A stretch of DNA of 64,000 nucleotides, from assembly GCA_047285535.1 (NCBI GenBank), contig JBJBDC010000001.1, positions 2,784,136-2,848,135 of the forward strand, in the 5' to 3' direction. The notes beneath the pieces are model-generated. The model was not told where the DNA came from and searched no databases. It worked only from the letters and a program-made list of their open reading frames with translations. The position numbers and the translations under genes are program-made. Shown here one piece after another: positions 1 to 10,687 of the stretch; position 1 is the first letter of the stretch, and every line of letters begins with the position of its first letter. This DNA comes from Synechococcus sp. (lineage in GTDB: Bacteria > Cyanobacteriota > Cyanobacteriia > PCC-6307 > Cyanobiaceae).

Positions 1-35
1 AATTCGCGCAGATCTGTTGTTTTAGAACGTGCCAT
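1..35 (-). CDS. rpmC: 50S ribosomal protein L29 (5' part only, runs off window)
   Basis: ATG at 35 two bases after the rplP stop, reads [11 protein letters not shown]; canonical position after rplP. Confidence 0.8.
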   Translation of the reverse strand, partial: MARSKTTDLRE

Positions 36-37
36 GG

Positions 38-505
38 TCAGGACTCCACGGTTGAAGAGGCAGCAGCCTTGGTATCGGCAGGCTGTTCCTGTTCATCGAG
101 AGTGATGAACTTTGTTTTTACGGGAAGTTTGTATTGCGCTAAGCGCATTGCTTCTCGCGCAATTTCAGGGGTGATTTCTGCACCGCCCATCTCGAAAAGA
201 ATCCTGCCGGGCTTGATCACAGCAACCCAAAATTCTGGATTGCCCTTACCGGAACCCATACGGGTTTCAGCGGCTCGCATAGTGACGGGCTTGTCTGGAA
301 AGATTCGAATCCAGATTTTTCCGCCACGTTTGACGTAGCGCGTCATGGCACGTCGGCTGGCCTCAATTTGACGAGAGGTGATCCAACCGCACTCTTGGGC
401 CTGCAGGGCGAATTGACCAAAGGCAATGGTGTTGCCTCGGGTCGCGACGCCTCGCATACGCCCTCGTTGCTGCTTGCGAAATTTGACTCTTTTGGGACTC
501 AGCAT
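38..505 (-). CDS. rplP: 50S ribosomal protein L16
   Basis: [22 protein letters not shown] motif. Confidence 0.99.
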   Translation of the reverse strand: MLSPKRVKFRKQQRGRMRGVATRGNTIAFGQFALQAQECGWITSRQIEASRRAMTRYVKRGGKIWIRIFPDKPVTMRAAETRMGSGKGNPEFWVAVIKPGRILFEMGGAEITPEIAREAMRLAQYKLPVKTKFITLDEQEQPADTKAAASSTVES

Positions 506-521
506 GATTTAGACCTCCTGT

Positions 522-1253
522 TCAACCCTCGTTTGAGCGGTCTTCGAACTGTTGTGGCCTCCGACCGGCCCGACGGCGGGGATTCGCTCCCACCGGGATC
601 TTTTGTTGGGAGTCGTCGCTCAATACTTCTCCCTTGAAGACCCAGACCTTGATGCCTAGAACGCCATAGGTCGTGCTGGCCACTTTGGTGGCGTAGTCAA
701 TGTCGGCGCGAAGGGTGTGTAGGGGCACACGGCCTTCACGAGTCCATTCGGTTCGGGCGATCTCGGCACCGTTAAGGCGTCCGCTGACTTGGATTTTCAG
801 GCCAAGTACGCCAGCTCTTTGAGCGCGCTGAACGGCCATGCGGATCGTTCTGCGAAATGCCACACGCTTCTCCAGCTGCTGAGCGATGTACTCAGCGAGG
901 AGAAAGGCGTCGGCATCAACACGCTCAACTTCGACCACGTTGATACGAACCTGCCGGCTCGAATCACCAACAGTTTTTTGGATGCCGCTGCGAAGATCTT
1001 CAATGCCGCTGCCTTGACGGCCAACCAGCACACCTGGGCGTGCTGTTTTGAGTTCAACCTCGAGTTGATCAGCCTTGCGGGCAATCAGCACGTCGCTGAT
1101 GCCGGCTGAGCCGTATTTCTTGTGGATGAACTTGCGAATTCGATCGTCCTCTTGAAGGAGGGCTGGATAGCTTTTGCTGGATGCATACCAGCGTGACCGG
1201 TGCTCCTGGGTGATCCCCAGGCGTAAGCCGGTTGGATGGATTTTGTGTCCCAT
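522..1253 (-). CDS. rpsC: 30S ribosomal protein S3
   Basis: [27 protein letters not shown]. Confidence 0.99.
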   Translation of the reverse strand: MGHKIHPTGLRLGITQEHRSRWYASSKSYPALLQEDDRIRKFIHKKYGSAGISDVLIARKADQLEVELKTARPGVLVGRQGSGIEDLRSGIQKTVGDSSRQVRINVVEVERVDADAFLLAEYIAQQLEKRVAFRRTIRMAVQRAQRAGVLGLKIQVSGRLNGAEIARTEWTREGRVPLHTLRADIDYATKVASTTYGVLGIKVWVFKGEVLSDDSQQKIPVGANPRRRAGRRPQQFEDRSNEG

Positions 1254-1273
1254 TCAGACGGTGTGCTTGGGGG

Positions 1274-1639
1274 TCAGGATTCGGTCTGAGCTGCCACAGC
1301 AATGCTGATGTGGCAGGTCTGTTTTTTGATCGCGTAGGCGCGACCTTGAGCGCGGGGTCGATACCGCTTCATGGATGGACCCATGTCAGCAGTGGCCTTG
1401 GAAATGACCAAGCTTGCTGGGTCAAGCCCGAGGTTGTGTTCAGCGTTGGCTACGGCGGACCGAAGCACTTTTGTGATCGGACCAGTGGAGCGGTAGGGCA
1501 TGAACTCGAGCATGATCAACGCGTCGCGATAAGTACGGCCGCGGATTTGGTCTAGAACACGTCGCACCTTGGACACGGAACCGCGAATGAAGCGGCCGTG
1601 AGCTTGTGCACTGGTTGCCGTTGGGGATGACGTTGTCAT
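1274..1639 (-). CDS. rplV: 50S ribosomal protein L22
   Basis: [17 protein letters not shown]; start moved to ATG 1639 (MTTSS) just after the rpsS stop. Confidence 0.97.
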   Translation of the reverse strand: MTTSSPTATSAQAHGRFIRGSVSKVRRVLDQIRGRTYRDALIMLEFMPYRSTGPITKVLRSAVANAEHNLGLDPASLVISKATADMGPSMKRYRPRAQGRAYAIKKQTCHISIAVAAQTES

Positions 1640-1643
1640 GGTG

Positions 1644-1919
1644 TCAGCGGCCTCCTTTCTTGTCTTTGATGTGGCCCTTAAAGGTGCGTGTGGGGGCAAA
1701 TTCACCCAACTTGTGCCCAACCATTTGCTCAGTCACGAAGACTGGAACGTGGGTTCTGCCGTTATGAACGGCAATGGTGTGGCCGATCATCATTGGAAGG
1801 ATTGTGGAAGCCCTGGACCACGTTTTGATCACCGACTTGTCGTCAGCGGCGTTTTGCTTTTCAACCTTACGAAGAAGACTGTCAGCAATAAAAGGGCCTT
1901 TTTTGAGAGAACGTCCCAT
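1644..1919 (-). CDS. rpsS: 30S ribosomal protein S19
   Basis: [21 protein letters not shown]. Confidence 0.99.
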   Translation of the reverse strand: MGRSLKKGPFIADSLLRKVEKQNAADDKSVIKTWSRASTILPMMIGHTIAVHNGRTHVPVFVTEQMVGHKLGEFAPTRTFKGHIKDKKGGR

Positions 1920-1954
1920 GGCGGATTAAGCGAACTGCAAAGCGGTGAGTGACA

Positions 1955-2818
1955 TCAGGAATCGCGTCCGCCACGGCTCCGCTTGGACGTCTTGCGACGT
2001 TTCCGGAGGACGAACTTGTTGCTGGGCTTATTCCTCTTGCGGGTTTTCAGGCCCAGTGCGGGTTTACCCCATGGAGTGACAGGTCCGGAGCGCCCAATGG
2101 GTGCACGGCCTTCACCACCACCATGAGGGTGATCGCAAGGATTCATCACGCTGCCGCGCACCTGAGGTCGGCGCCCCAGCCACCGGCGGCGACCAGCTTT
2201 GCCCAAGCTGGTGTTGCGAATTTCTGAGTTGCCGACTTCGCCAAGTGTGGCGAAACATTCACGGCGAAAAAGACGCACCTCAGTAGAGGGAAGCTTAAGA
2301 GCCACATAGTCGCCCTCCTTAGCCATCACCTGAGCGCTGGCTCCAGCGGTTCGGACCATCTGTCCACCGCGGCCTGCATAAAGCTCGACACAATGAACGC
2401 TGGAACCCAGTGGAACGGCCGATAGCGGCATGGCATTGCCGATCTCAATCGGAGCCTCGTGACCGGAAACAACGGTTTGCCCAATGCTGATTCCGGCCGG
2501 GGCCAGGATGTAGCGCTTCTCGCCATCGGCATAGAAGAGCAAGGCCAACCGTGCGTTGCGATGGGGATCGTAGTGAATGGCAGCCACTTTGGCGGTGACA
2601 CCGTGCTTGTTCCGACGAAAGTCGACCAAGCGATACAGACGTTTGTGGCCACCGCCTCGGTGGCGACAAGTGATAACACCACGATTGTTGCGTCCTTTAC
2701 GGCGATGTTTGGACACCACCAAGGAGCGCTCCGGCTTGCGGCCGGTGACTTCACTGAAGTCAGTGACCACCCGGGTTCTGGTGCCGGGGGTGTAGGGGCG
2801 GAAAGTTCGGATTGCCAT
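1955..2818 (-). CDS. rplB: 50S ribosomal protein L2
   Basis: [22 protein letters not shown]. Confidence 0.99.
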   Translation of the reverse strand: MAIRTFRPYTPGTRTRVVTDFSEVTGRKPERSLVVSKHRRKGRNNRGVITCRHRGGGHKRLYRLVDFRRNKHGVTAKVAAIHYDPHRNARLALLFYADGEKRYILAPAGISIGQTVVSGHEAPIEIGNAMPLSAVPLGSSVHCVELYAGRGGQMVRTAGASAQVMAKEGDYVALKLPSTEVRLFRRECFATLGEVGNSEIRNTSLGKAGRRRWLGRRPQVRGSVMNPCDHPHGGGEGRAPIGRSGPVTPWGKPALGLKTRKRNKPSNKFVLRKRRKTSKRSRGGRDS

Positions 2819-2833
2819 AACGATTCAGACCCC

Positions 2834-3136
2834 TCAGGACTCAGGGAAGAGTTGGATGGAGTTGCCCTCGGCCAGGCGCACCACAGCTTTCTTCACCTGA
2901 GCTCGTTTACCGGCAAAACGGCCGATACGACGACTCCTGCGAGGAGGATTCATGGTGCTGATTCCCGTGACCTTGACATCGAAAAGCTGCTCGACTGCAG
3001 CCTTGATGTCGGGCTTGGCGGCTCGATGGTCCACCTCGAAGGTGTACTGGTTTTGTTCCAGAGCACGGGTGGCCTTTTCAGTGATCAGAGGGCGACGGAT
3101 CACATCGGCCAGACGTCCGGTGAAGCGTTCAGTCAT
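2834..3136 (-). CDS. rplW: 50S ribosomal protein L23
   Basis: PLITEKA, KKAVVRL; operon position. Confidence 0.98.
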   Translation of the reverse strand: MTERFTGRLADVIRRPLITEKATRALEQNQYTFEVDHRAAKPDIKAAVEQLFDVKVTGISTMNPPRRSRRIGRFAGKRAQVKKAVVRLAEGNSIQLFPES

Positions 3137-3767
3137 CTCCGTAGACCTCCTGAATCTTGGCGAGAGCGTCCTCTCCTACTACCAGTTTGTTGGCGTGGAG
3201 CAGATCGAAGACGTTGAGTTGGTCAGCTGCAATGAGCTTTACGGTCTCCAGGTTCCGAATCGAGCGCTGCACCGTTTCGGAGGGATTGGAGAGGATGATC
3301 AACACCTTGCTGTTGGCAGAGACGTCGAGTCTCCCCAGAGCATCGATGATTTCTCTGGTTTTGGGAGCTGTTAAGGCCGTTGCGAAATCTTTGACGACAA
3401 CTAGATCCTCGATGCGCGCCATGAGGGCGGTACGCAAGGCTGAACGGCGCTCCTTGCGGTTCATGGACAGGTTGTAGGACCGAGGCTTGGGCCCAAAGAT
3501 AATTCCGCCACCTGGACGCAGGGGGGTGCGAACGGATCCTTGGCGCGCGCGACCTGTGCCTTTCTGTTTGTAAGGCTTGCGCCCACCGCCTCGTACCTCT
3601 GACCTGGTCAGTGTGCTTGCTGTGCCTTGACGGCTATGGGCCTGCTGACGCAGTACGGCGCGATGCATGAGGTCAAGGGCGCTGCTCTCTTTGGCAACCT
3701 TCAAATCAAGGTTTGCCTTACCAGTCTCTTTCCCTTGCCAGTCGCGAACAATGCAATGAGCCATCAC
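3129..3767 (-). CDS. rplD: 50S ribosomal protein L4
   Basis: [20 protein letters not shown]. Confidence 0.99.
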   Translation of the reverse strand: MMAHCIVRDWQGKETGKANLDLKVAKESSALDLMHRAVLRQQAHSRQGTASTLTRSEVRGGGRKPYKQKGTGRARQGSVRTPLRPGGGIIFGPKPRSYNLSMNRKERRSALRTALMARIEDLVVVKDFATALTAPKTREIIDALGRLDVSANSKVLIILSNPSETVQRSIRNLETVKLIAADQLNVFDLLHANKLVVGEDALAKIQEVYGDD

Positions 3768-4420
3768 TTACCTCCTTTTGCGGGCTTGGCGCCCACCCTG
3801 TTTGCAGGACGGATGTTGAGTAGTGACCCGGGCTTGCCGGGAACAGACCCCTTCACAACCAGAAGATTGCGATCACTATCAACTTTGAGGACTGTCAGTC
3901 CACGAGTGGTGATTTTTTTGCCGCCATAGCGACCTGACATCCGTTTGCCTGGATAAATCCTGCCTGGCGTGGTGCCGGCACCGATCGAACCGGGTTGGCG
4001 ATGATTTTTGGAGCCGTGAGTCATAGGGCCCCGGCTGAAACCATGGCGTTTTTGAAGACCTGCAAAGCCTCGACCCATTGTGTCGCCACTGACGTCCACT
4101 TTTTGGCCTGCTTCGAAGTCGCCAACGGTGACGGCACCACCCAATTGGAGCCCATCGAGATCTTCGACTCGGTACTCGCAAAGGTGACGGACCAAATCCT
4201 CGCCTGATTTTGCGAGATGGCCTTTTGCCGGTTTATTGATCAGCTTGTCGCGAATTTCGCCAAAGCCGATCTGAACAGCCGAATAGCCGTCAGTTTCTGA
4301 ACTTTTGAGTTGGGTGATGCGGCAAGGGCCCGCCTCGATCAATGTGACCGGGACGGCTTTACCTTGCTCGTCGAAGAACTGGGACATGCCCAATTTCTTC
4401 CCAAGGATGCCGATAGACAT
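3764..4420 (-). CDS. rplC: 50S ribosomal protein L3
   Basis: [24 protein letters not shown]. Confidence 0.99.
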   Translation of the reverse strand: MSIGILGKKLGMSQFFDEQGKAVPVTLIEAGPCRITQLKSSETDGYSAVQIGFGEIRDKLINKPAKGHLAKSGEDLVRHLCEYRVEDLDGLQLGGAVTVGDFEAGQKVDVSGDTMGRGFAGLQKRHGFSRGPMTHGSKNHRQPGSIGAGTTPGRIYPGKRMSGRYGGKKITTRGLTVLKVDSDRNLLVVKGSVPGKPGSLLNIRPANRVGAKPAKGGK

Positions 4421-4570
4421 GGAGGTAAGAACGCCAGCGTGGACAACCGCTTATCTATTGAAAAAAGATGAAGAGGCCTGGAAGGGCGCTGTTCGTATTG
4501 ACGCAGTCATGACCGTCAGAGTTTCGCCAATGGCAAAGATGAAGACGGATTGGAGCTAGCGAGCGAATCA

Positions 4571-4705
4571 GCTGGCTGGGACTTTCCGTGCAAGTTGCTC
4601 GGTGAGTTTCCCGGCAGTAGCACCCAAGGATTTGGAGTCACTGCTCTGGCCTGTGGATCCGGCGCAAACGCCGAACCTGCTCTGTGATCTGGAGGCCCGG
4701 CTAGC
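4571..4705. promoter_or_regulatory. Putative structured RNA element in the rplC/ndhN intergenic region (r-protein operon leader or sRNA)
   Basis: Several stems visible by eye, including a 10-bp closing helix 4571-4580/4696-4705 and CGGCG-CAAA-CGCCG at 4660-4673. Confidence 0.45.
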
Positions 4706-4810
4706 GGACGGGCACAGTTCGACAAAGCAAATAAAGACACTACAACATTGCCATCCTGTCCTGAATAAGAGTCTTCTGGCTGCCAGAATCTCTGAATCTG
4801 GTCTGATTTC

Positions 4811-5272
4811 ATGCCGCTGTTGCTGTCTGGTCGGGGTTTTCGCCGTGAGCTGGAGTCGGCAGGTTGCATGGCGGTTCATGCCCCTTTAGAGGGGGGGGCG
4901 GAGACTCGTTTGCTCCGTCGCTTGCGTGGGGCTGGGTATCGCACTCAGCTCACCTCTGCCCGAGGTTTTGGTGATCCAGAAGTTTTTCTGTTTCAAAAAC
5001 ACGGCATTCGCCCTCCTCATCTCGGTCATCAAAGCGTTGGTCGTGGTGCCGCTGTTGGCGAGGTTCAGGAGGTGATGCCTTTACTGGGTGAGGCCATGTT
5101 GGGTTCTAAACCTTTGGTGCTCTGGCTTCTTGAAGGCCAAGTGTTGTCACGTTCAGAATTATTTGCGTTGTGTGACCTTTGCAAACGGGAGCCCCGTTTG
5201 AAGGTGGTCGTGGAAATGGGCGGAGCTCGTCGTCTTCGCTGGCAGCCAATGAAACAGCTCCTCCAGCACTGA
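4811..5272 (+). CDS. ndhN: NAD(P)H-quinone oxidoreductase subunit N
   Basis: [31 protein letters not shown]; divergent from rplC as usual in cyanobacteria. Confidence 0.95.
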   Translation: MPLLLSGRGFRRELESAGCMAVHAPLEGGAETRLLRRLRGAGYRTQLTSARGFGDPEVFLFQKHGIRPPHLGHQSVGRGAAVGEVQEVMPLLGEAMLGSKPLVLWLLEGQVLSRSELFALCDLCKREPRLKVVVEMGGARRLRWQPMKQLLQH

Positions 5273-5280
5273 ACATCAGC

Positions 5281-6312
5281 GTGAATACTGCTCTTCAGCG
5301 AGCGGATGACGCCGAGCTCGCCTTATCGAATGGACGATGGGTGAAGTTGATTTGTGGAGCTAGCAATCAGGATCTGGCCACGATTGGTGATCTTTGCGCT
5401 TTGTATGCCGTTGCAGGGGTTCATTGCGTCGATGTGGCGGCCGATGTTGCAGTTATTCGAGCTGCTCGAGAAGGACTCGATTGGGCCTGGGATCAAACAC
5501 GGCGCCGGCCTTGGTTAATGGTGAGTGTGAGTGACGGCAATGATGCCCATTTCCGCAAGGCGGTTTTCAATCCAAGACTTTGCCCTCAAGATTGTTCACG
5601 CCCTTGCGAGCGCGTTTGTCCAGCAGATGCCATTCGTGCTGATGTAGGGGTTGATGAACGTCTTTGCTACGGGTGCGGCCGATGCTGGCCAGCCTGCCCG
5701 CTGCACTTAATCAGTTCGTTGGATCGTCGTGTCGGATTGAAGGATTTGGCCGCTCTTCTGCAGGAATGGCGACCCGATGCCTTAGAGATTCACACAGCTC
5801 CTGGGCGCTTTGAGGCTTTTCAGGCGACCCTTGAGCAGGTTTGTCTCGCCGAAGTTCCCCTGCGTCGGTTGTCAGTGAGTTGTGGTCTTGAGGGCCACAA
5901 CGTCACAGTAGAGACCCTCTCCAGAGCTCTTTGGCAGAGACATCAGGCTCTACGAGTTCATCATCAACGGCCTCTTTGGCAACTTGATGGTCGACCCATG
6001 AGTGGTGATCTCGGGGCCGGGACGGCGCGTGCAGCCGTTGGGTTGTGGGAGGTTCTTCATCCCCTCGCGCCTCCTGGTCCACTACAGCTGGCTGGTGGCA
6101 CCAATATGGCGACGATTAATCTGCTGTCAGGACAGCGTTGGGCCTTTCAACCTGCTGGAGTTGCTTTTGGTGGCATGGCCAGGAAGCTTGTTCAGCCTTT
6201 TTTGCAAGTTGCGCAGAACCGAGGGATCCGTTTGCGTGACTGGCCTGAAGGGTGGTCTCAGTCTCTTCAGGTTGCGCGCAATCTGATTGCCCCTTGGTTG
6301 TATCGCTGCTGA
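5281..6312 (+). CDS. ldpA: LdpA light-dependent period Fe-S protein
   Basis: WVKLICGASN, two CxxCxxxC ferredoxin-type Cys clusters, QLDGRPMSGD, QLAGGTN; start at GTG 5281 is an estimate. Confidence 0.9.
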   Translation: MNTALQRADDAELALSNGRWVKLICGASNQDLATIGDLCALYAVAGVHCVDVAADVAVIRAAREGLDWAWDQTRRRPWLMVSVSDGNDAHFRKAVFNPRLCPQDCSRPCERVCPADAIRADVGVDERLCYGCGRCWPACPLHLISSLDRRVGLKDLAALLQEWRPDALEIHTAPGRFEAFQATLEQVCLAEVPLRRLSVSCGLEGHNVTVETLSRALWQRHQALRVHHQRPLWQLDGRPMSGDLGAGTARAAVGLWEVLHPLAPPGPLQLAGGTNMATINLLSGQRWAFQPAGVAFGGMARKLVQPFLQVAQNRGIRLRDWPEGWSQSLQVARNLIAPWLYRC

Positions 6313-6389
6313 TTGATCTTTAACTGAGCTCCGGTGTGGTCGTTCTCTTGCTATGAAGATGTGCGGTCCGACTGTTGGCCGAGTGAGCC

Positions 6390-8021
6390 ATGACGACCGA
6401 GCGCATCACTGACGACTTAGACCGACTGGTGTCTTTGCTGCCATCCGAGGTTCAATCCTTTCTTGTGTCTGCGGAGTCCAGAGATCAACTTTTAGAAGTT
6501 GTGCTTGACCTTGGGCGAGTTCCGGAAGCCCGTTACCCAGGATGGTCAACAACTCTTGGAAAAAACAGCATCTCTCGAGGTGATCTGCAGGGGATGGTGG
6601 ACCGTCTTGGCGAGTTTGGTTCTGATAACAGGGCGGGAATTGAGCGGACCTTGCATCGCATCAGCGCCATTCGTAATCGTCGCGGTGAGGTTGTAGGTCT
6701 GACTTGCCGTGTCGGACGTGCGGTGTTTGGGACGGTGTCCATGGTTCGCGATCTCATCGATAGCGGTGAGTCATTGCTTCTTATGGGTAGACCTGGCGTA
6801 GGTAAAACTACGGCCTTACGTGAGATCGCTCGAGTTCTCGCAGATGACTTGGAAAAGCGAGTGGTCGTGATTGACACCAGCAACGAAATTGCTGGTGATG
6901 GCGATATCCCACATCCGGGCATCGGGCGCGCAAGGCGCATGCAGGTTGCCCGACCAGAGCTTCAGCATCAAGTCATGATCGAAGCGGTTGAAAACCATAT
7001 GCCTGAGGTGATCGTGATTGACGAGATCGGCACTGAACTTGAAGCTCGGGCTGCTCGCACCATTGCTGAACGGGGTGTGACATTGGTGGCGACAGCCCAT
7101 GGCAATGCCCTTTCGAATCTGATCAAAAATCCAACGTTGTGCGATCTCATCGGTGGTATTGAATCTGTCACCCTTGGGGATGATGAGGCTCGCCGTCGCC
7201 GGAGTCAAAAAACGGTGCTCGAGCGGGCGGCTGAACCCACCTTCCCGATGGCTGTTGAGATGCACAGTCGAAGTGGTTGGGCTGTTTATCGGGAGGTAGG
7301 GCGAGCGGTTGATGCATTGCTGCGTGGGCAAGTGCCGAGCCCTGAGGAGAGAACGATGGCCTCGGATGGAAGCATTGTTCGGGTTGAATCGCGGGCGTCT
7401 CCTTCTCTTTTAAGGCGCCCTTTATTAGCTCAGTCTCCACTGCCTCATCTTGTTGATTCCAATCATTCCCAACCTGAGGGCATCAACACTCCAGAGCAAG
7501 GGCGGCAGGAAAATCTTGACACTTCAGAGGTGTTACAGGTTCTTTGTTGTGGTCTCAGTCAGCAACTGCTGGAAGAGGCTGTGCGCCGTCATGGATGGTC
7601 TGTCCAGGCTGTCGATGACCTGATTCAAGCTGATGTGGTGCTGAGTGTTCGGCAAGGTCTTGGGCGTCAGCCTGGTCTTCGTCGACAAGCCAGGGAGGCT
7701 TGCATCCCCATTTTAGTGATCAAATCTGACACCCTTCCACACGTGGAAAGGGCCTTGGAGCGTTTGATCATGCGCCGTAGTTCTGTTGAGGGAAGAAGAT
7801 CCGCTAAGCATCCTGGTGATCAGTCCGACGCCTCCGCTGCTCTGGAGGAATGTCGCCTGGCTGTCGAGCAGGTGGTCGTTCCTGAAGGCCGTCCTGTGGA
7901 ACTGCTCCCGCGAACGGAAGATATTCGACAAATGCAGGCAGATCTCGTCGCTCAATATCGCCTTCGCAGCGATGTCTATGGGCCTACTGATCAACGACGG
8001 CTGAGAGTCTTTCCACCTTGA
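6390..8021 (+). CDS. ycf45: Ycf45-family AAA+ ATPase with C-terminal R3H-like domain
   Basis: Walker A GRPGVGKT, VIVIDEIG, AVENHMPE. Confidence 0.88.
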   Translation: MTTERITDDLDRLVSLLPSEVQSFLVSAESRDQLLEVVLDLGRVPEARYPGWSTTLGKNSISRGDLQGMVDRLGEFGSDNRAGIERTLHRISAIRNRRGEVVGLTCRVGRAVFGTVSMVRDLIDSGESLLLMGRPGVGKTTALREIARVLADDLEKRVVVIDTSNEIAGDGDIPHPGIGRARRMQVARPELQHQVMIEAVENHMPEVIVIDEIGTELEARAARTIAERGVTLVATAHGNALSNLIKNPTLCDLIGGIESVTLGDDEARRRRSQKTVLERAAEPTFPMAVEMHSRSGWAVYREVGRAVDALLRGQVPSPEERTMASDGSIVRVESRASPSLLRRPLLAQSPLPHLVDSNHSQPEGINTPEQGRQENLDTSEVLQVLCCGLSQQLLEEAVRRHGWSVQAVDDLIQADVVLSVRQGLGRQPGLRRQAREACIPILVIKSDTLPHVERALERLIMRRSSVEGRRSAKHPGDQSDASAALEECRLAVEQVVVPEGRPVELLPRTEDIRQMQADLVAQYRLRSDVYGPTDQRRLRVFPP

Positions 8022-8128
8022 ATCATTGATTTGTAGTCAGAGGTGGATTGACGAAGGTCACGGTGTTGTGGGTAACTATGTATGCGCTAGCACGACTCGT
8101 CAGATTGGCGATTCCGAGCTGGGGTTGA

Positions 8129-8200
8129 TGGGCCGTCGCCAAGCGGTAAGGCAGCGGGTTTTGGTCTCGCCATTCCTAGGTTCGAATCCTAGCGGCCCAG
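8129..8200 (+). tRNA. tRNA-Gln (anticodon TTG)
   Basis: Cloverleaf TGGGCCG...CGGCCCA, anticodon arm GCGGG-TT-TTG-GT-CTCGC, GTTCGAATC T-loop. Confidence 0.97.
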
Positions 8201-8216
8201 TTTTTCCGGATTTCCG

Positions 8217-8981
8217 GTGTCATTGAAGCCACTCCTCGTTTTCGATTTCGACGGGGTGATCCTCGACGGGATGAATGAATACTGGTCGAGTTCTCGCCAA
8301 GCATGTCTGTCCCTCCTGCCTGCAGCGTCTCTGTCGGAGCAGACACCCGTGGCCTTTCGACAGTTGCGTCCCTGGGTGCATCACGGCTGGGAAATGGTTC
8401 TGATTGCTGCTCTGCTTCAAGAGCCAGGCGGGCCCCTGCAATGTCTTGCGGTTAACGCTTTTGCGGCAGACTACGCACAACAGCTTCGAGATGGCCTGGA
8501 TCGGTTTGGGTGGCAGCCTGCGCTGCTTCAAGAGTCTTTAGAGCATGTTCGTCACCAAGCGATGTCTTGCGATCGTTCTGGCTGGGTGGCATTGCATCAA
8601 CCGTTTGAGGGGGTTTCAGACCGTTTGGCGCGATTGGAGCAGGAGGGTGTGGCCTGGTCGGTTCTCACCACAAAGGGGCGTGATTTCACCGCGGAGTTGC
8701 TTCAGGCTTTCGACCTTCGTCCTATTCGCCTGGATGGTCGAGAGTCAGGCCCAAAGCCTGAGGTTTTGCTGCGCTTGCGCCGAGAATGGGAGCTCAAGGG
8801 GTTCATCGAAGATCGCCGGGCCACTCTGGAAGTTGTGTTGAGGACGCCTGGTCTTGAGGGGGTCCAGTGCTTCTTGGCTGATTGGGGTTACCTGAGGCCG
8901 ACGGACCGACAGAATTTGCCTCAGGGGCTTGATTTGCTGGAGGCAAGTCAATTTGCATGCCCCTTGGCGATCTGGCCCTGA
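8217..8981 (+). CDS. HAD-family hydrolase
   Basis: FDFDGV motif I, LTTK, FIEDR, LADWGY. Confidence 0.85.
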   Translation: MSLKPLLVFDFDGVILDGMNEYWSSSRQACLSLLPAASLSEQTPVAFRQLRPWVHHGWEMVLIAALLQEPGGPLQCLAVNAFAADYAQQLRDGLDRFGWQPALLQESLEHVRHQAMSCDRSGWVALHQPFEGVSDRLARLEQEGVAWSVLTTKGRDFTAELLQAFDLRPIRLDGRESGPKPEVLLRLRREWELKGFIEDRRATLEVVLRTPGLEGVQCFLADWGYLRPTDRQNLPQGLDLLEASQFACPLAIWP

Positions 8982-8989
8982 TTCGATAA

Positions 8990-9003
8990 CGTACATCTGT
9001 ACT
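8990..9003. promoter_or_regulatory. LexA (SOS) box upstream of recA
   Basis: CGTACATCTGTACT; the reverse strand AGTAC-AGAT-GTACG fits the cyanobacterial consensus RGTACNNNDGTWCB; about 130 bp before recA. Confidence 0.85.
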
Positions 9004-9134
9004 AGGTGGGACAAGTGGCGCTGGTTGGGGCACTGGATGATCTGTCCAGTGCTGTGTCGGCTCCAGTCTGTGGTTATTCCGCCGGCTGGATCGGCGGCCT
9101 GCGGCACCTGATTGCTCCTTAACTGTTCTTTGCC

Positions 9135-10295
9135 ATGCCAGCCGACGTGAAAGCCGCCCAGTCCTCAGGGGGAGATCCCCGTTCCGATGCCCGTCCTGGT
9201 GAAAGGGATAAAGCCCTTGACCTCGTGCTCGGGCAGATCGAGCGAAATTTTGGCAAGGGTTCGATCATGCGATTAGGCGATGCCTCCAGGATGCGGGTGG
9301 AAACCATCTCGACCGGTGCGCTCACGCTCGATCTGGCTCTTGGCGGCGGTTATCCCAAGGGTCGTGTCGTGGAGGTCTATGGCCCTGAGAGTTCCGGTAA
9401 GACCACGCTCACACTCCATGCCATCGCTGAGGTGCAAAAGCGTGGCGGGGTGGCGGCATTTGTCGACGCTGAGCACGCCCTTGATCCTGTCTATGCAGCT
9501 TCTCTTGGTGTCGATATTGAAAATTTGCTGGTGTCCCAGCCGGATACGGGGGAGATGGCCCTGGAGATTGTCGATCAGCTCGTCCGTTCTGCGGCGGTCG
9601 ATATTGTCGTGGTCGACTCCGTTGCAGCTCTAACCCCTCGAGCTGAGATCGAAGGAGAAATGGGTGATTTGGCCGTTGGAAGTCAAGCTCGCTTGATGAG
9701 TCAGGCCATGCGCAAGATCACTGGCAACATCGGTAAGTCCGGTTGCACTGTGATCTTTCTGAATCAGCTTCGTCTGAAGATCGGAGTGACCTATGGCAAT
9801 CCGGAAACCACAACTGGTGGCAATGCACTCAAGTTTTATGCCTCGGTCAGGCTCGATATTCGTCGGATTCAAACTCTGAAGCGTGGGACTGAGGAGTACG
9901 GAATTCGAGCGAAGGTGAAGGTGGCGAAAAACAAGGTGGCACCTCCGTTTCGGATTGCTGAATTCGATATTTTGTTTGGGCGAGGTATCAGCACTTTGGG
10001 ATGTGTTCTTGATCTGGCGGAGGAGACGGGTGTGGTCACCCGCAAAGGCGCTTGGTACAGCTACGAGGGCGACAACATTGGCCAAGGTCGTGACAACACA
10101 ATCGGTTGGCTTGAGCAAAATCCTGAGGCCAAGGACGCTATTGAAGTGCTCGTGCGTCAGAAGTTGACAGAAGGATCTGAAGTGACAGCAAATTCCATGC
10201 GTCCGCTGGCGGCAGCGGCGCGTACGGCTGTTGCTAAGTCGGCCACTAAAGCGGCTGTCCTTGACAAAAAGTCGCCTGCGAGTGGAGCGGATTAG
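9135..10295 (+). CDS. recA: Recombinase RecA
   Basis: [25 protein letters not shown]. Confidence 0.99.
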   Translation: MPADVKAAQSSGGDPRSDARPGERDKALDLVLGQIERNFGKGSIMRLGDASRMRVETISTGALTLDLALGGGYPKGRVVEVYGPESSGKTTLTLHAIAEVQKRGGVAAFVDAEHALDPVYAASLGVDIENLLVSQPDTGEMALEIVDQLVRSAAVDIVVVDSVAALTPRAEIEGEMGDLAVGSQARLMSQAMRKITGNIGKSGCTVIFLNQLRLKIGVTYGNPETTTGGNALKFYASVRLDIRRIQTLKRGTEEYGIRAKVKVAKNKVAPPFRIAEFDILFGRGISTLGCVLDLAEETGVVTRKGAWYSYEGDNIGQGRDNTIGWLEQNPEAKDAIEVLVRQKLTEGSEVTANSMRPLAAAARTAVAKSATKAAVLDKKSPASGAD

Positions 10296-10406
10296 CCACT
10301 GCGTCATAAGGAGTGCTTGGCGCAGCGCTCCTTCGCTCCTTCATGGCTATGGCGTGGTTGGCACTTTTGAAGGACTTCTCAAGGCCTTTTTGTGCTGATC
10401 AGTGGC

Positions 10407-10646
10407 TTAAGGCGTATCGGCCAGCGTCCACCACCCGGCCAGGGGGCCAATGAAACGCACCACGATCCAAAAGACCACCAAACCTCCGATTCCAATCCAG
10501 GCTCCGCGTGTTGTGATGGCAACGAATTGCTGGGATTGGCTCCTTGTTAGAGGCAGCCACGCAACGATTCGTTCGCTGTCTTTGGGATCTGGTTTGCGAT
10601 GCTTTGGAGGTAGTCCCTGAATGCTGCGACGTCGAGCTTCTCCCAT
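10407..10646 (-). CDS. Small membrane protein, DUF2839-like
   Basis: MGEARRR N-terminus and one TM segment ending RFIGP; start reassigned to ATG 10646. Confidence 0.75.
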   Translation of the reverse strand: MGEARRRSIQGLPPKHRKPDPKDSERIVAWLPLTRSQSQQFVAITTRGAWIGIGGLVVFWIVVRFIGPLAGWWTLADTP

Positions 10647-10687
10647 AACGGCAGGCTGATTGGCATATCCAAAGACTAGGGACCGAT

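Noticed and set aside
2459..3217. 252-aa plus-strand ORF and similar shadow ORFs (e.g. 9630-10307)
   Set aside because: Antisense to highly conserved genes with biased codon use; no motifs.
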